DNA of 64,000 bases from Balanoglossus misakiensis (GCA_040954595.2 CM082579.2:9351625-9415624), one strand, 5' to 3'. Numbered from the stretch's first letter, positions 25,417-38,382 are shown. Program-made: numbers and translations. Notes: generated by a model from the letters alone, not told the origin.

Positions 25417-25548
25417 CGTTGCGCTAGTCATGCAGTGACGTCTCATCATTTCGGAACTGTGATCATGATGTCTGTGGAGCGATGAGTACTTGGGTGCAGC
25501 CGGTATCGGTGGGTGCATGCTGACATGGTCCTTCGTCTGCATCATCAT
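25417..25548 (-). CDS. POU4: POU4 coding exon 1 (44 aa, MMMQTKDHVSMHPPIPAAPKYSSLHRHHDHSSEMMRRHCMTSAT)
   Basis: Matches the Brn3 N-terminal pattern (MM..., MHP, PKYSSLH, SExMRRxC). It ends at the donor ACG|gtatgt (acatac at 25411-25416 on +) and joins exon 2 in phase 0, giving 333 aa in total. Confidence 0.93.
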
Positions 25549-25699
25549 GATTGGAGCCTTAGTAGTGAAATCACCGCGCAAGGCAGCCCGTGTCTGAGAT
25601 GTGCGCGCGATAAGGGGGTCGAATCGAAAATGGTTCTGCTGACTGGTGTGTTCGCCAAAGCAACCTATAGAAAATATAATGCTTTGTATTGTCATCAGT

Positions 25700-25765
25700 A
25701 CACCTGCACCTGTTCTCATATATTCATAGGCTGACGTCACGACGCATGCGCAGTGCCGCCGCCCG
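25700..25765 (-). promoter_or_regulatory. Candidate POU4 proximal promoter module
   Basis: Within ~60 bp, 150-210 bp upstream of the ATG: tandem E-boxes CACCTG at 25701-25706 and 25707-25712, an ATGAATA POU-type half-site, a perfect CRE TGACGTCA at 25732-25739, an NRF1-like TGCGCATGCG at 25743-25752, and a GC-rich tract. Confidence 0.5.
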
Positions 25766-27909
25766 GGTAATAATTTCACGAAAGCTCACTGGACGGAGAG
25801 TGGACCGTTACAAATGAACGGAAACGCATGGGAATACTGGCGCACAATGTACCATTTTAAAATTCCCGGAGCAATTAATATCCGCGCCCGACGAAATGAC
25901 TGGACAATTTGCGCCACTCCGGTCCGTTGCTTTCGAAGCTTTACTAAAAACATGGCGCCCGAGCCCTAATCACAGACAGGTGACTTTTTTTTTCAGACGA
26001 TAATTTTCTCAAAATCACGTTTTATAAAAAAAAAAAATAAGAATAATAATTCCTAACGTAAAAAAAAACCAATTCAATAACCCGAACTGGTCATAAACTT
26101 GGTAATAATTAACGACATTATATTGAGCGCGAGGGCACGCTCAGTATTACAACCCCGACAAGAGAAAATCGTTAAAACGGGGAGGATTGACAACAGTGCT
26201 TGATGAATAGGAAAAAAAGGTTTGAATAAAAAACAGTTTGTTTTGCTTCGCCAATATACAGTGTAGTCTGTCGAGTTCCCATCGCTCTGCACTGACATTC
26301 ATAAGTCGCGAGAGCACACAACAGTGGTCGGAACACAGAGATTATTCAGCCCCAGCTCCTCCCCGATCCGATTTCAAGCCACTCGATTAATTTCGCTAAA
26401 TTTTGTAACACACGGCGTCGCTCATTTTTGGGCTTGCGTGTGTAAAGCGTGTCCAAAAACTTTCGAGTTTTCTGTTCATCTGTCGCTGAAAAAGAGAAGG
26501 AAAAGTGTCGTGTCTTGTTGTGTCAGTCATGGGAGTAGTTTACTCTTTTTACCATGCAGCGCCGGGGCTTCATGATTGATCGGGTAAAACAAACACGAGT
26601 TTGGCACTTCATTAGTCACTTTCAACTAAGTCTTCTCCCACATCTCCTATAAAAATGGTTCGAATTTTTTTGATGTCGTCGCATACATTTTGCACAAAAG
26701 GTGAACCAGCGAACTGTCCCGAGCGTCTACTCCGGGGAGCGGCGGATAATTTCGGCGGTGTAAGAGAAAAACTGTAACGGGGAGCGGACTCGGAACAGAC
26801 AGACGCACCTTTGGGTGTGGGGTTTACCGTAGTCTGCGAGAGAGTTAAGAGATGAGAGGGAAACTTGGGGAGAGAAAGGAAGGCCGGTAAAACACCGCGA
26901 AAGCGCAGATTTTGATTAAGACCGAGAGACGAGGACGCAAATTTGCCTAAATTTCGGTCTCGTAGTTTTAGAAGAGTGACAGAGGGCGAGTTTTGTGCCG
27001 TGGCTCCAAGATTGGCGGCGGTGTGTTCTGGCCGGCATTCCCTCTCTCGCCGCGTCTTTGGCACCACCCTCGGAATCGCACAATGCACCGAATGCACTTA
27101 CGAATTACCGTCCATGCGCACCGTTTTTGACGTCTCCACGCCCTGCAACCCTTTAGTATTTTGTATCCCCGGCCAGCCGCCAACCCAGGCACAGCTTTGA
27201 TCTCGTCCTTATGCTGTTAGCACGCAGCGCACCCATCCGCTTGCACCTTAAAACCAGGGCAGCCCCACACCAATTTTTTATTCAACCTGCCACTCCTCGA
27301 CGGCCGGGCGACACTCCGCTATACTAAGCAGAGCTCTCCCACAACAGAGCCCACTAATCGAAAGGTTGTCGAAGTAAACGCTTGAATGTACTGTCGATAA
27401 ATAGAGTGCATTGTTGATGTTATTGTTTCGCAGGAGGGCGTGTGTATACATACATGCGTGCATGTGCGGCTGTGCGTGCATGCCACGGTTTAGCTAAAAT
27501 CGCTCAGGAAGAAACTTATAGGCAAAACCTTGGAGGAATGAATGTGCCGGACTAGTTAGAAACAAAGTCGAGAGGCTTCACTTGTCACTTGTTCTTCCCG
27601 CGATTCTTTTCCGGGGCTGTGTGTCAGTAGACAGCGGGAGAGCGATTTGAATTGACCGCGTCAATTGACAGGAGCGGGTCCACGTGAAAGCATAGCCTAC
27701 TCTTGAGAGACACGGTTCACACCGTGACTATTGACCAACTTGTCAAGGCAATGAAAATCGGCTGCATTTTTAATGTATTGGGTGCAAAGACCAGTGTTCT
27801 GTGTCGCGTTTTATCCAGAGTCGCGCGCATTTTTTCGCGCAGTTTATCCGTCGCTTATCGCACAAAGATATATTCCCGTTACGAGGCGCCCCACGGGAGC
27901 TCGGAGACG

Positions 27910-27965
27910 GAGCGCGGGCGGCAGCGGTAGGGAAGGGAAGGGGAGGGCGGACGGACGGGCGGAGA
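27910..27965 (+). promoter_or_regulatory. GC-box/G-quadruplex tract (candidate distal or bidirectional promoter)
   Basis: Three GGGCGG boxes and GGGAAGGGAAGGGGAGGG (27930-27947) in a CpG-rich stretch 2.4 kb upstream of the ATG. Confidence 0.4.
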
Positions 27966-29803
27966 AAGACTGTTTTTTTCCTCAGCGACTTCGGAGTTTC
28001 CTCAACGGAAGTGAGTAAACTGAGCGAACCGAACGGGTTATCAGTACATGTTAATATTTGTGAAGATTGGATCAGTTGGGCGGACGAGGAAAATTTAACG
28101 TGATCGGGGTTATTGTGGCAAAGCGTATTAGACTAATGGTATAACAGTCGGTTTTCAGCCAAAATACAATGCAGATGTGCGTTAATACTAATATTGTTAA
28201 AATCCGCCAAAAGAGGACCATATGAGCGTATTCTCCGAGGTTCAATGCGTCTCAGTTTTTGTCACATGTAATTAGCGAAAGCGAGTGTTCTCGGTGAAGT
28301 CAGTCATGAAGGCAGCGTCCAACTCTAGCCAGGCAGAGATGGCATGCAGCGCGCGCGTTTTCCACGTCGCTGACTCTGAACGATGTTTTCACTCAGCAGT
28401 TTATGACTAGTGACCAATCGACAGAGAGACGGCGAGATGATCATCCTCCGTGATGGGGTCACCCTCTCGTCTTGTTCGCACGGGCGTCAGGCGTAATTAC
28501 AAGACTAGGTCTTAACGCCGGCTGCACACACACATCACTGCATCATCGCCGCCGCGCGCTGTACAACTCTTTGCCTACATCATCATATACAAGACGATTT
28601 TGTTTTATCAGCCAGGTTGTATAATTTCAGCGAGACCCGAACGTATAAACCCACAACTTGAACCGAGTGGCTCGGTAATGAAACAATTTAATCAAAATGT
28701 TAATTACTTTGATGGCAGAATGAGTTAAATTTAAGACAAATGAGCTAGGTGTTTTATAGTAATACTATAGCTTTACATTACGTAAGTTTTCAACAACAAC
28801 AAAAATCGAACTTGAAAAAAAAACGAGCTTGAAGATCCCAGTAAAAAGCCGAAGAGCCTCTTGCGCGCATTTTTGAAATTATCTATGACAGAAATATAAG
28901 GTAATAAACCTATATTCTGCGCGCATATCTCGCATTGTCGTTCACGACGAGCCTCCGTATAATGATTTTTTGTGACCCCAAGTAATAAATTTTGCCGAGG
29001 AGTGATCTAGGGTGTAATGTAGTACAGCGATCAAACGTGTCGGACCGTCTCTACTCTGATAGCGAGGTGTAACATTTGACAAGTCTGCCTCGTCACCGAC
29101 ATTTTCAATTATAGCTTTGTCCTATTGAATGAATACGCTTCTTGTTAAGTGCAATGTCATTTGCGACTGAATCACCGTCATTACGGAATTTAAAAAAAAA
29201 TTCTGCCGCCGCAAATAGAACAAATCGTGAGCATTAGTCCGTCGACGAACATGATTTTCCCGCCAACGACGACTTCAAACGACAATATTTTTTTCCCACA
29301 AACAGTCGCTTTATTCACATTGAGCTTACATTTAGCTTTCCTCCACTACTGTCGAATCAGAGCATACTCCCAAGTTTCAAAATTACAAACAAACATCGGA
29401 ATTTTGACTTTTTGACGCTGAACGACAATTTTTATTGGCGCACGCTCTTATCGCCCGCGTCTTTCGCGTCAGAGCCAGATTCCCGCCGTTATCACCACAA
29501 TGTAGGGCATTCGAGATTTCCGTCAACAGCAATGCTCGTCTGGTTGTACTATCCGATTGTGTCAGTTTTACACATGCTAACAAGAGCAGCGCCTACATGC
29601 TTTCGTCACTGAACACGGGATTTAGTATCATTCGTTTATGCATAAAACACACAGTTGCCCATGTGTCATAACTTTCACGGAAAACAACAACCAAATAAAC
29701 TAAATTTAAAAGTATTTATTTCGCCACTCAACAATTCTCGGTTATCAAAATAACCGCGCCTTAAACACTTGCAGTGTCTTCTTCTTCTTCCTTAGTCCTA
29801 AAC

Positions 29804-29817
29804 GTTACCATGGCAAC
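29804..29817. promoter_or_regulatory. Canonical RFX X-box GTTACCATGGCAAC
   Basis: Exact match to GTTNCCATGGNAAC, ~4.3 kb upstream of the POU4 ATG. Confidence 0.5.
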
Positions 29818-32800
29818 ACGAGAGGATATCCGATAGATGTTGATCTGAATGTGATCGACGTGTTATAACCCGTACTTCTGTGCGTGCGCACGTGTATAGT
29901 TTGTTCAGATAAGGTGACTCGGGATTTGGTGCCTTTTCCCCAGCAAACATTCCTTTCATTTACCTAAGTCACTGTTCCCTCGTTGTAACCAGTGTGAGAA
30001 GGCACAGGTATGCACTTGTTTCTTCCTCATCCCGTCTATAGGCAGACTGTTTTTTTTGCCGTGTGACAACTCTCTTACAACGTGCATCTGACTTTAAGAA
30101 AGAAGGGATGGTTTAACAAATCTAAACGCGGTTTGGGGTCGAAATTAAAAAAAGTGGAGCAGGTTTATCTAGAAATTTAAAAAATAAGTTGCGTGAAAGT
30201 TATATCATTTTATTTGTGCGCTTGAACTTATGTATAATAGTTAAAACACACAAAGAAAATAATAGATTTTCAATGTCCATGGCGCGTTTTCAATATAAAG
30301 TTTTCTGTCTCACAAACCGTGGTAGCTCCATGCACAAAAAACGAGCGATTTGAAACTTCACAAAGTTGTCCGCGGCTAAAATCGACGAATCTCTGACCCT
30401 TCCCGCACCCTTGCTCGAAAATGAGCCGGCGAAACAGCAGTCCATTCGGGGTCACGTAATTATCCCTGTCTATTGACTGGGGTAACCTCTTAATAGACAT
30501 GTCTATTAATGCGTACTTGAGTTCACGTTCTTTCATCATGTCGGGGGGTAAAGTGTGCACTTCAAAAAAAATATACCAATCTATATAACCCCTGGCACTC
30601 CAAACACGCCCCACTCTGATACAGACACCACGTGGTGCCTGGCCTCGCCGGGGACACTGACCGCTGACCACAGTCTTCATCAGCAATTCAATGTGTAAAA
30701 AGTCCCCCTTTGCATATGCACAAGGTCATTATTGCTTTAGCTCGAAAGTCGCGGTTTTCACTTTCTCTCTCTCTCTCTCCGTCGAGATCTGGGTGCTCTT
30801 AAGGAGACACGGGCCTTTCATCATCGCGTGCGTGTACTCTCGTGTAAGTTCGCTCTCTGTGCAATATGCCGTAATGATGTATTACTGTCACATTACGAGC
30901 ATTAGAGCCTCCGGCCAAATTAATAGGTTTTAATATGATCAATACACAGACGAGGGGACGAGGGAATCTATGCAACATCAAAATTCCATTTTGTTTTCAG
31001 TCCCTGTATTAATTCACTTAGGAAATTGACTGTTGCCTTTCACGGTACATGTCACAACCACTGATGTCGAGTGGAAGTGACAGACGGGAAATACGAATTG
31101 TGAGAAGGCACTTGAGGGTTTCTTTGAATGCGGCCAGCATCTCTCCGAAATCGTCCATCCCCGCCAACATTTTATTTGTTTTTCAACCCGCGTCTATTTC
31201 CCGTCTAGTTTCCTTTAAAAACACATTGCATTTAGATATACGCGGTCGGCCGTGCGACTATGCGCGTGGTTTAAATAAATCAACTGGGCCAATACATAGA
31301 AAAGTCAAATGGGAACACGAATACACGAGCCAATGCATAAAGCAAGGTTGGGGTTAAGGTTAAGGAAGAAAAAGTTACATGCGATTGAAACAGCCGATAA
31401 ACTTGACCCAGGCACACGGCCGATTGGTATTCAGAGCCCGGTGAAAATGGCGAGTTTAAAACGTATCAATTGTTCAACATGGACCTTAAGTGTGGAGGCA
31501 TTTACCCATGTGTACGAGGGGAGTAAATTTTTCATGGCAATCAGCTGAATTTTTTATACCCTGTGAGTGTCTGTGTACGGCGAACCTTATTGATACAAAA
31601 GTGGAATAACTGATATTCACTCGTTCTTTTTAATTGATTTCAGTCGTCGGTGGTGTGTAGTCTTTTTATTTTCTGTCCACCCTCTTCTGACGAGCGGTTG
31701 GATGGAACGTTTCATGGATCTTGTGGCGGGGGGGGGGGGGGGACTGCCGAGTCGGTGCAGCCACGTGTCGCCAAAGCGGTCGCATTGTTGGGCAAAGGGA
31801 AAGAGAGAGAGAGAAAAAATCCGTTTAAATGCCTCCAATATTATTGATGAGTTAGCCTTAATAAATTTATATTTTCATAGGGTTTGGGATTTTTAAGCGT
31901 CGGATCATCATGCATAGTTAACGGAGCGTCGGAGCTTTGCAACACTTCCTGATCGCGTTACACCCGCCGATCCGATTTAGCCAAGTGACTGAAAGTTCTC
32001 CCTCGCTCTTCGTAAGAGGTTTTCCCAGTTTATTTTTTTCCAAACTCCGGAGTCATTGTTCCTGAAAGGTTAATCGGCGCTTAGCTTTATATTTCAATGC
32101 GAATAGAAAAGGGGAGAAATAGACGCCGTTCGGGGAACGTCGCATTTAGACAGGCGAATCTTTAGCAGTATAAGTGATGCGATTACTTTTAATGGCAAAA
32201 GTCGGCTTTCTGTGGATTGTAAGTTTTTCGACCTCTTTTCCTTAAAACAAAAAGACAATTCTGGGGGAAATGAGAACAATCACACGAGTAAAATATTTTA
32301 TTTGAAACGCCGTCCATAACTTCGAAATAATTCCCTTTGTTTCACCACAGTGCAATTATAGGTAAAATATGTTGTTGTTTTTTTACACCCAAAAGTCAGT
32401 GGTTATTAGCATCCAAGAGATTGCCGACACGGAAATCCAAACATGATTTCATCGGATGTTTCTACTCTTCAAATTATGAATGAGCGCGGTTTATTCTGCT
32501 AATATCGCGCGAAGGAAATTAATTTGGTACGATGTAAAACGCTGCGCCCATTTGTATTGTTTTACCATTTATAGTCCCCCCACACACTGGAGAGGGACGT
32601 CGACTATCATGGTTTTACCCATTCCAAGATGATGTTCCGTTTCAAGAATTAAATTAATCACTCTCTCCATGTATAGGTCACCGTACAGCTTAAGCAAACA
32701 AAGAAATTCTCAGACAGATTAATGCGAATTTCATCCATATTCCAGCAGCATGCAGCTGGGTGATTAAAAAAAATTCCCCCCACTTGACGCTCCACATCAC

Positions 32801-33309
32801 CGTGTAAAAATATTCATTAAATATGCTAATTAAGTCCATGTTGTTGTTATCAACGCCGAGAAACAAAGCGTTAATGACGCTAATTGGCTCGTGCGCCACA
32901 ATTGACAAAATAAAAACACACTGTTTTTAATCGCTCACACACACACACGCAGACGCACACTCGCATCCCACCTGCTGTTCGCTCGATGGTGCGTAAATGG
33001 AGACCACTCTAATAACGGTGTCAACTTTTTTTTTTACAATGGTATTGTAATTTGCCGACGTGGCGTTCACTTGCTACGGAGAATTGATACAAACGCCATG
33101 CAAATAAAAAGCGGCAATATCGCGAGGGATGATTACAAGTGTTCATTCATCATGAGTTGGATTACTTCCAAGACCATTGTGTTGCCATTAACCTTAATGA
33201 ATGCGGCGATGATTGTAGACAGTCGGTCCGAGTAAATACCACACATTTTCACCCCCACATTCTCGCTCGCTCTGTCAGTTATTGCTATAACTAGCTAGTG
33301 TAACTGTTT

Positions 33310-33458
33310 GTATGTAATTGTCTGTCTGTATGTCTGTATGTCTGTATGTATGTATGTATGTATGTATGTATGTATGTATGTATGTATGTATGTATGTATG
33401 TATGTATGTATGTATGTATGTATGTATGTATGTACGTACGTACGTATGTATGTATGTA

Positions 33459-33513
<55 letters not shown>

Positions 33514-33514
33514 G
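33310..33514 (+). repeat. (TATG)n + (TTG)n compound microsatellite
   Basis: Read directly from the sequence. Confidence 0.96.
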
Positions 33515-36173
33515 ACAAATGAATACAAGTCTAGACATGAATGAACTTTTGAAGAAATGAGATAACTGATACACAACTCGTGTCACTTTGTGTATAAAGA
33601 TATCTGTACTTCAAGTAATGATAGGGCGAAAATGTTCCTGGTTCCTAACGCGCATAAGTGTGTTTGAAACGTCGTGTTAAGTTTGGTGAATACATTCTGG
33701 ACGTACAAGTACAGTCGGTCTTGCACATTTGTTGTCAAGTGAATTTAAGTCCGGACTAAAATCAATTTGAGGCGGTTGCTTTTTTTCTTCTAAGCATGCG
33801 TGTGGCAGACGATGTCTCGACCTAGCATTTTGCTGGCCACTGCATCAAGCTGCGGGGAGTGAAACAGCAAAATGTAGTTGATACACAGAAAACAGAATAC
33901 ACGTTGACATTGGGTCGTGTCGGGAGACGAGCCTACACCTGGGACTGGGCCTCTTGCCCGCTCAGGTGTCACCGCGAAGCGATGACAGACGACAAGGTGG
34001 ATTGAACTCAACGCGGCGAGAGGGTGACATCTTTGCCGGGCGTAGACAGGCGTAAAACGGGATAAGGATAAAGGAAAAGATGATTCGTTTGGATAAGATG
34101 GAAAGAGAGGGGGGGAGGAAACGCGAGTCTGTGATTATTGCATCGAAGTTAATAAAGCGAGGGTAATAGGATTGCAGTTGAGCCCAATTCGATTATACCG
34201 GTTCTCGGTAAACGATGGGACACGGAAAATCCAAACACGAGACCTTAATAGGCAGGGATATAGTGAATACAAAATGCGGCCGGCATTAGCCACAGTCTGA
34301 AATGAATTCATTTTCTTCCTCAGTCGGTTGAAATTATCTACTAATTCCCGGTACAAACTTTCGCACAACGGCGCGCGCGTGTGCGGACTGAGTAGCGGCG
34401 GAGACCCCCCCCCCCTCCCCTCCCCTCAGCGTCGCCGCGAAACTACTCGAAGGCAACTTCGCAAATTAATTCTGAAGTGAGGACTATATATTTGATCAAA
34501 CTCACTCCATCATCGCCAGTGCAGAGATGGGATACTTTTTTTTGTGAGCGCGTCGCGGCGTCGAATCCGCGCCCGGTATCCGGCGGGGCGGATGATGATG
34601 GAGATCGCGAAGGAATACGGGCCATTGACAAGAACCCACGTATCATCAATACGACAACAAATGTAATGAATTCCGGGTCAACGTGCTGGGGTTATAATCG
34701 GCAAATTATTAGTTGTTATTCTCGTTCTGAAAAGACCGGCAGTGCTTCTTTGACAAGCAGTACGGGCAGAGATAAGAGGAATGTTTTAATTTCAAGGAAA
34801 GGGTCGGGGACAATGTAGCCACTGCGGATTGTCATTCGCCGATGATAGCATTAACAATATTAAGAATGAAACAGAACAGAGCCTCTTTAATGAAATAGAA
34901 CCCCGGGAGACGTGCGGAGCATTGTGCGAAGTCTCCTGGCTGGCCGGCGAGCGTCCCCACCAACTCCGGCACTGATTCCAAGCTCTGCGCGGAATGAATT
35001 CTAAAAAAAAAAAGAGTCGACAGCCTTTGACTTCCGCATCAATAATATAGAGATCGCAATTAAAGCAAATATGAAAAGAATTGATCTTAGGAAGGACGGG
35101 ATATCAAGTGTCACCGCTCTGATGCAACCTCCCCATTGAAATCAGACCCGTAAAATTCACCGTATTAAAAAATCGGGGAAATTAGCGCAGGGAATTACCG
35201 TGTCCGCAGCGCCGATTGTCTGTGTAAATACCCTCCCATTTGCGCCGCGTCTATATATCTGCGTGTGCATATTCAGAAGTCTCCGCCCGTACATTTGATT
35301 CGCGTGAAATTGACATGAAGATATAGAAATGGACGTCCGAGATAAACGTGTCTGTTTCACCACTTAATCCATAATACATCTAACCGTGTGTTGACCGTTT
35401 ATCGTTGAGTTAGGCCTAATCGGTGTCACCGACTTGCTTTGAAAAATTTATACGCGTTTTTTTGTGTAGAAATAGCAATTACCTTTTGTTGGGGGTGCAT
35501 GCATACGCGCGATATTCGCTTCCTTTAAATTTACACTTTCACTATTTATTAAAGAAACACTTTTTAACTACAGAGATAAACATATTTCCCCCCTCCCCAT
35601 CGACCATCGAATAGAAATTCATATCCTCAGACCGACGCGGAACGAAATAAGCAATGTAGACTTCACGTGAAGATATCAATGTAAGAAGAAGTTATATTGT
35701 TTGGTGTGCGCCGCGTAAAATTAAACACTTTCAATTTTGTAATTTTTTTTTAAAAACCGAAGAGCCGAATCTGGGTATGAAAGTCACGTGACTCGAGTGA
35801 CAGTATGCCGTAAGTTTGGATTCGCTTGAAATAGAAAAAAAACAACAACGACAAAATATATATACATTTGGAGCTTAATATTCAATGCCACGGTGAAAGA
35901 GAGAGAGAGCGAGACCTCTGGACTCACGTGATGGCAATGTGAATTGGCGGGGGAATAGGGAAACGGAGTTCACGCATGGTTGCAAGCCAGCCTAGCATCG
36001 CTCCGAATATGAACACGCCACACTCCAAGTGGCAAGCAAACTGGCGACTTTTCCACGCTGGCTTGGGAATTTTCTTCAAATATTCGCAATCACCCAAAAA
36101 ACGAGCGAGCGAACTCAAAACAGTCTCTCAGTTGGAACACGAATCAACTTTGAAACCGTTTGCAAGACTCCCC

Positions 36174-36250
36174 TGTGTGTGTGTGTCTGTGTGTGTGTCT
36201 CTCTCTCTCTCTCTCCCTCTCTCTCTTTCTCCCCTCTCTCCCCACCCTCC
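36174..36250 (+). repeat. (TG)n(CT)n microsatellite
   Basis: Read directly from the sequence. Confidence 0.85.
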
Positions 36251-36279
36251 CAATTAAATAGCAGAAACTATCATGTTGA

Positions 36280-36459
36280 GGGATTGTAAGAAAACTTTGG
36301 AAAGTTCAAAAAGCGAGCAGATATCGGTCAACAAATACTCATGATATACTTTACATGCTGTGATGTCAAATGTGCTACATTTATACGCAATATTTGACAT
36401 CGCAGCACAACTCCTATACTTCTTTGTTGATGGGGAAGCACATGTATATCTGCAATCCC
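36280..36459. repeat. Decayed inverted repeat (fold-back) with a conserved 18-bp central hairpin
   Basis: Arms 36356-36373 and 36390-36407 pair fully on + with two G:U pairs. Outer symmetric blocks are tcaacaaa/tttgttga, gcagatat/atatctgc and gggattg/caatccc. Confidence 0.7.
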
Positions 36460-37111
36460 CGATAAAGTTATTTCCATTTTATTGTCAGCAGATCTCATAC
36501 TGATTATCTGACAGTGTTGCATACATTGAAAAAAACGGGATTTCCATGAGGTATTTCGTGTTCAGAATAGCTCAATGATCAAAGAGTTTCAGGATGTTTT
36601 GTAGCAAACGATGCTTATCTTCGCAGCTCTAACCCTGTCGAAGATCCCCAACAGTGCGTGGACGGTTAAAGAAAGGCTTGAACGTCGCCTCAGAAGGGAA
36701 TATCATAAATGTGACAGAGATGAGATGACCGATATTTTGGGGCATCGGACCCGACAATCAGTTGAATCGTCTCAACCCCCACATTAACTTGTTCAAAGAT
36801 GTGGTGGGCATGACGCACGGAGAATTGTCGTTAACAGCGCTGCGACAGCAACCCCTTCCGTTTGAACGCACGCCAAAAGGAACTTTCTTATTTCTCCTGT
36901 CGGCGCATGCGTGGCACGCACGCGCCTCGTGAGAGAAAGGTAAGCGAGTTCTATACCAATATTTGGCTGGCTGAAAAGTCGCCAAGACGCTGAAGATTGA
37001 TGACAAACAAAATTGAGAACAGAAACGCCAGCCAAAATCTATCATATGAGATTGTCAGGTTGTACACACAAAAGTCTACGAAGATATGACGTGACTGTGC
37101 GTGTGTGAGAG

Positions 37112-37180
<69 letters not shown>

Positions 37181-37187
37181 ATATATA

Positions 37188-37223
<36 letters not shown>
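37112..37223 (+). repeat. (CT)n(AT)n(GT)n compound microsatellite
   Basis: Read directly from the sequence. Confidence 0.95.
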
Positions 37224-37224
<1 letters not shown>

Positions 37225-37828
37225 AGAAACATCAAAGAACAATGTATTTTTCGATAACAGGCACGAGGACAGCGACATTATAAAGACGAGTGATCTGCTA
37301 TTCAATTCAATTCAGAAGTCATGTACGGTTTACAACGACGCGGGTTTTCTTATCTTCTATGGCGGTACTTCGGGTACCCTTTGATCAAGCGGAGAGATAG
37401 CACAAATTATTATCACGTATTTCTTGGAGAAGTCTACACGCCATACAAGCAGATCAGATTACATGTCCCTATCTCTACCTCGCAGCGGACTCTTCTATTT
37501 TTTAGCTTGGCTCGATGACAGTAATACCAATATCTCTTAAAAGCAATTTTTTTTTTGCTTTAACAATGTGAAGCCTGCTTCGTGTGTGATTCTACGCCGA
37601 ACCCGTATCTGTGGCGAACTGAGGGGATTTTTTTTCACAAGGTCGCCATGTCTCGATCGAACGGTACGCGAGGTCGATTGATGCGAAGAGATTGGATTTA
37701 TGTTTCCAGATCGGAAAGTTGATTTTGGAGAAGAGTACTTTGATCTGTTGACTCACTTTTAAAAACAGAGTTCACCTTAAGGTAGCTTGTTCGGTATTTT
37801 ATTCAAACTTCGATTGTTTTTGTTTTTA

Positions 37829-38382
37829 ATACATACATACATACATACACACATACATACATACATACCTACCTACATACATACATACATACATACATAC
37901 ATACATACATACATACATACATACATACATACATACATACCTACCTACATACATACCTACATACATACATACATACATACCTACATACATACATACATAC
38001 ATACATACATACATACATACATACATACATACATACATACATACATACATACATACATACATACATACATACATACATACATACATACATACATACATAC
38101 ATACATACATACATACATACATACATACATACATACATACATACATACATACATACATACATACATACATACATACATACATACATACATACATACATAC
38201 ATACATACATACATACATACATACATACATACATACATACATACATACATACATACATACATACATACATACATACATACATACATACATACATACATAC
38301 ATACATACATACATACATACATACATACATACATACATACATACATACATACATACATACATACATACATACATACATACAT
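37829..38382 (+). repeat. Very long (CATA)n tetranucleotide array (~550 bp)
   Basis: Read directly from the sequence. A few CCTA/CACA variants occur only in the left third. Confidence 0.98.
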
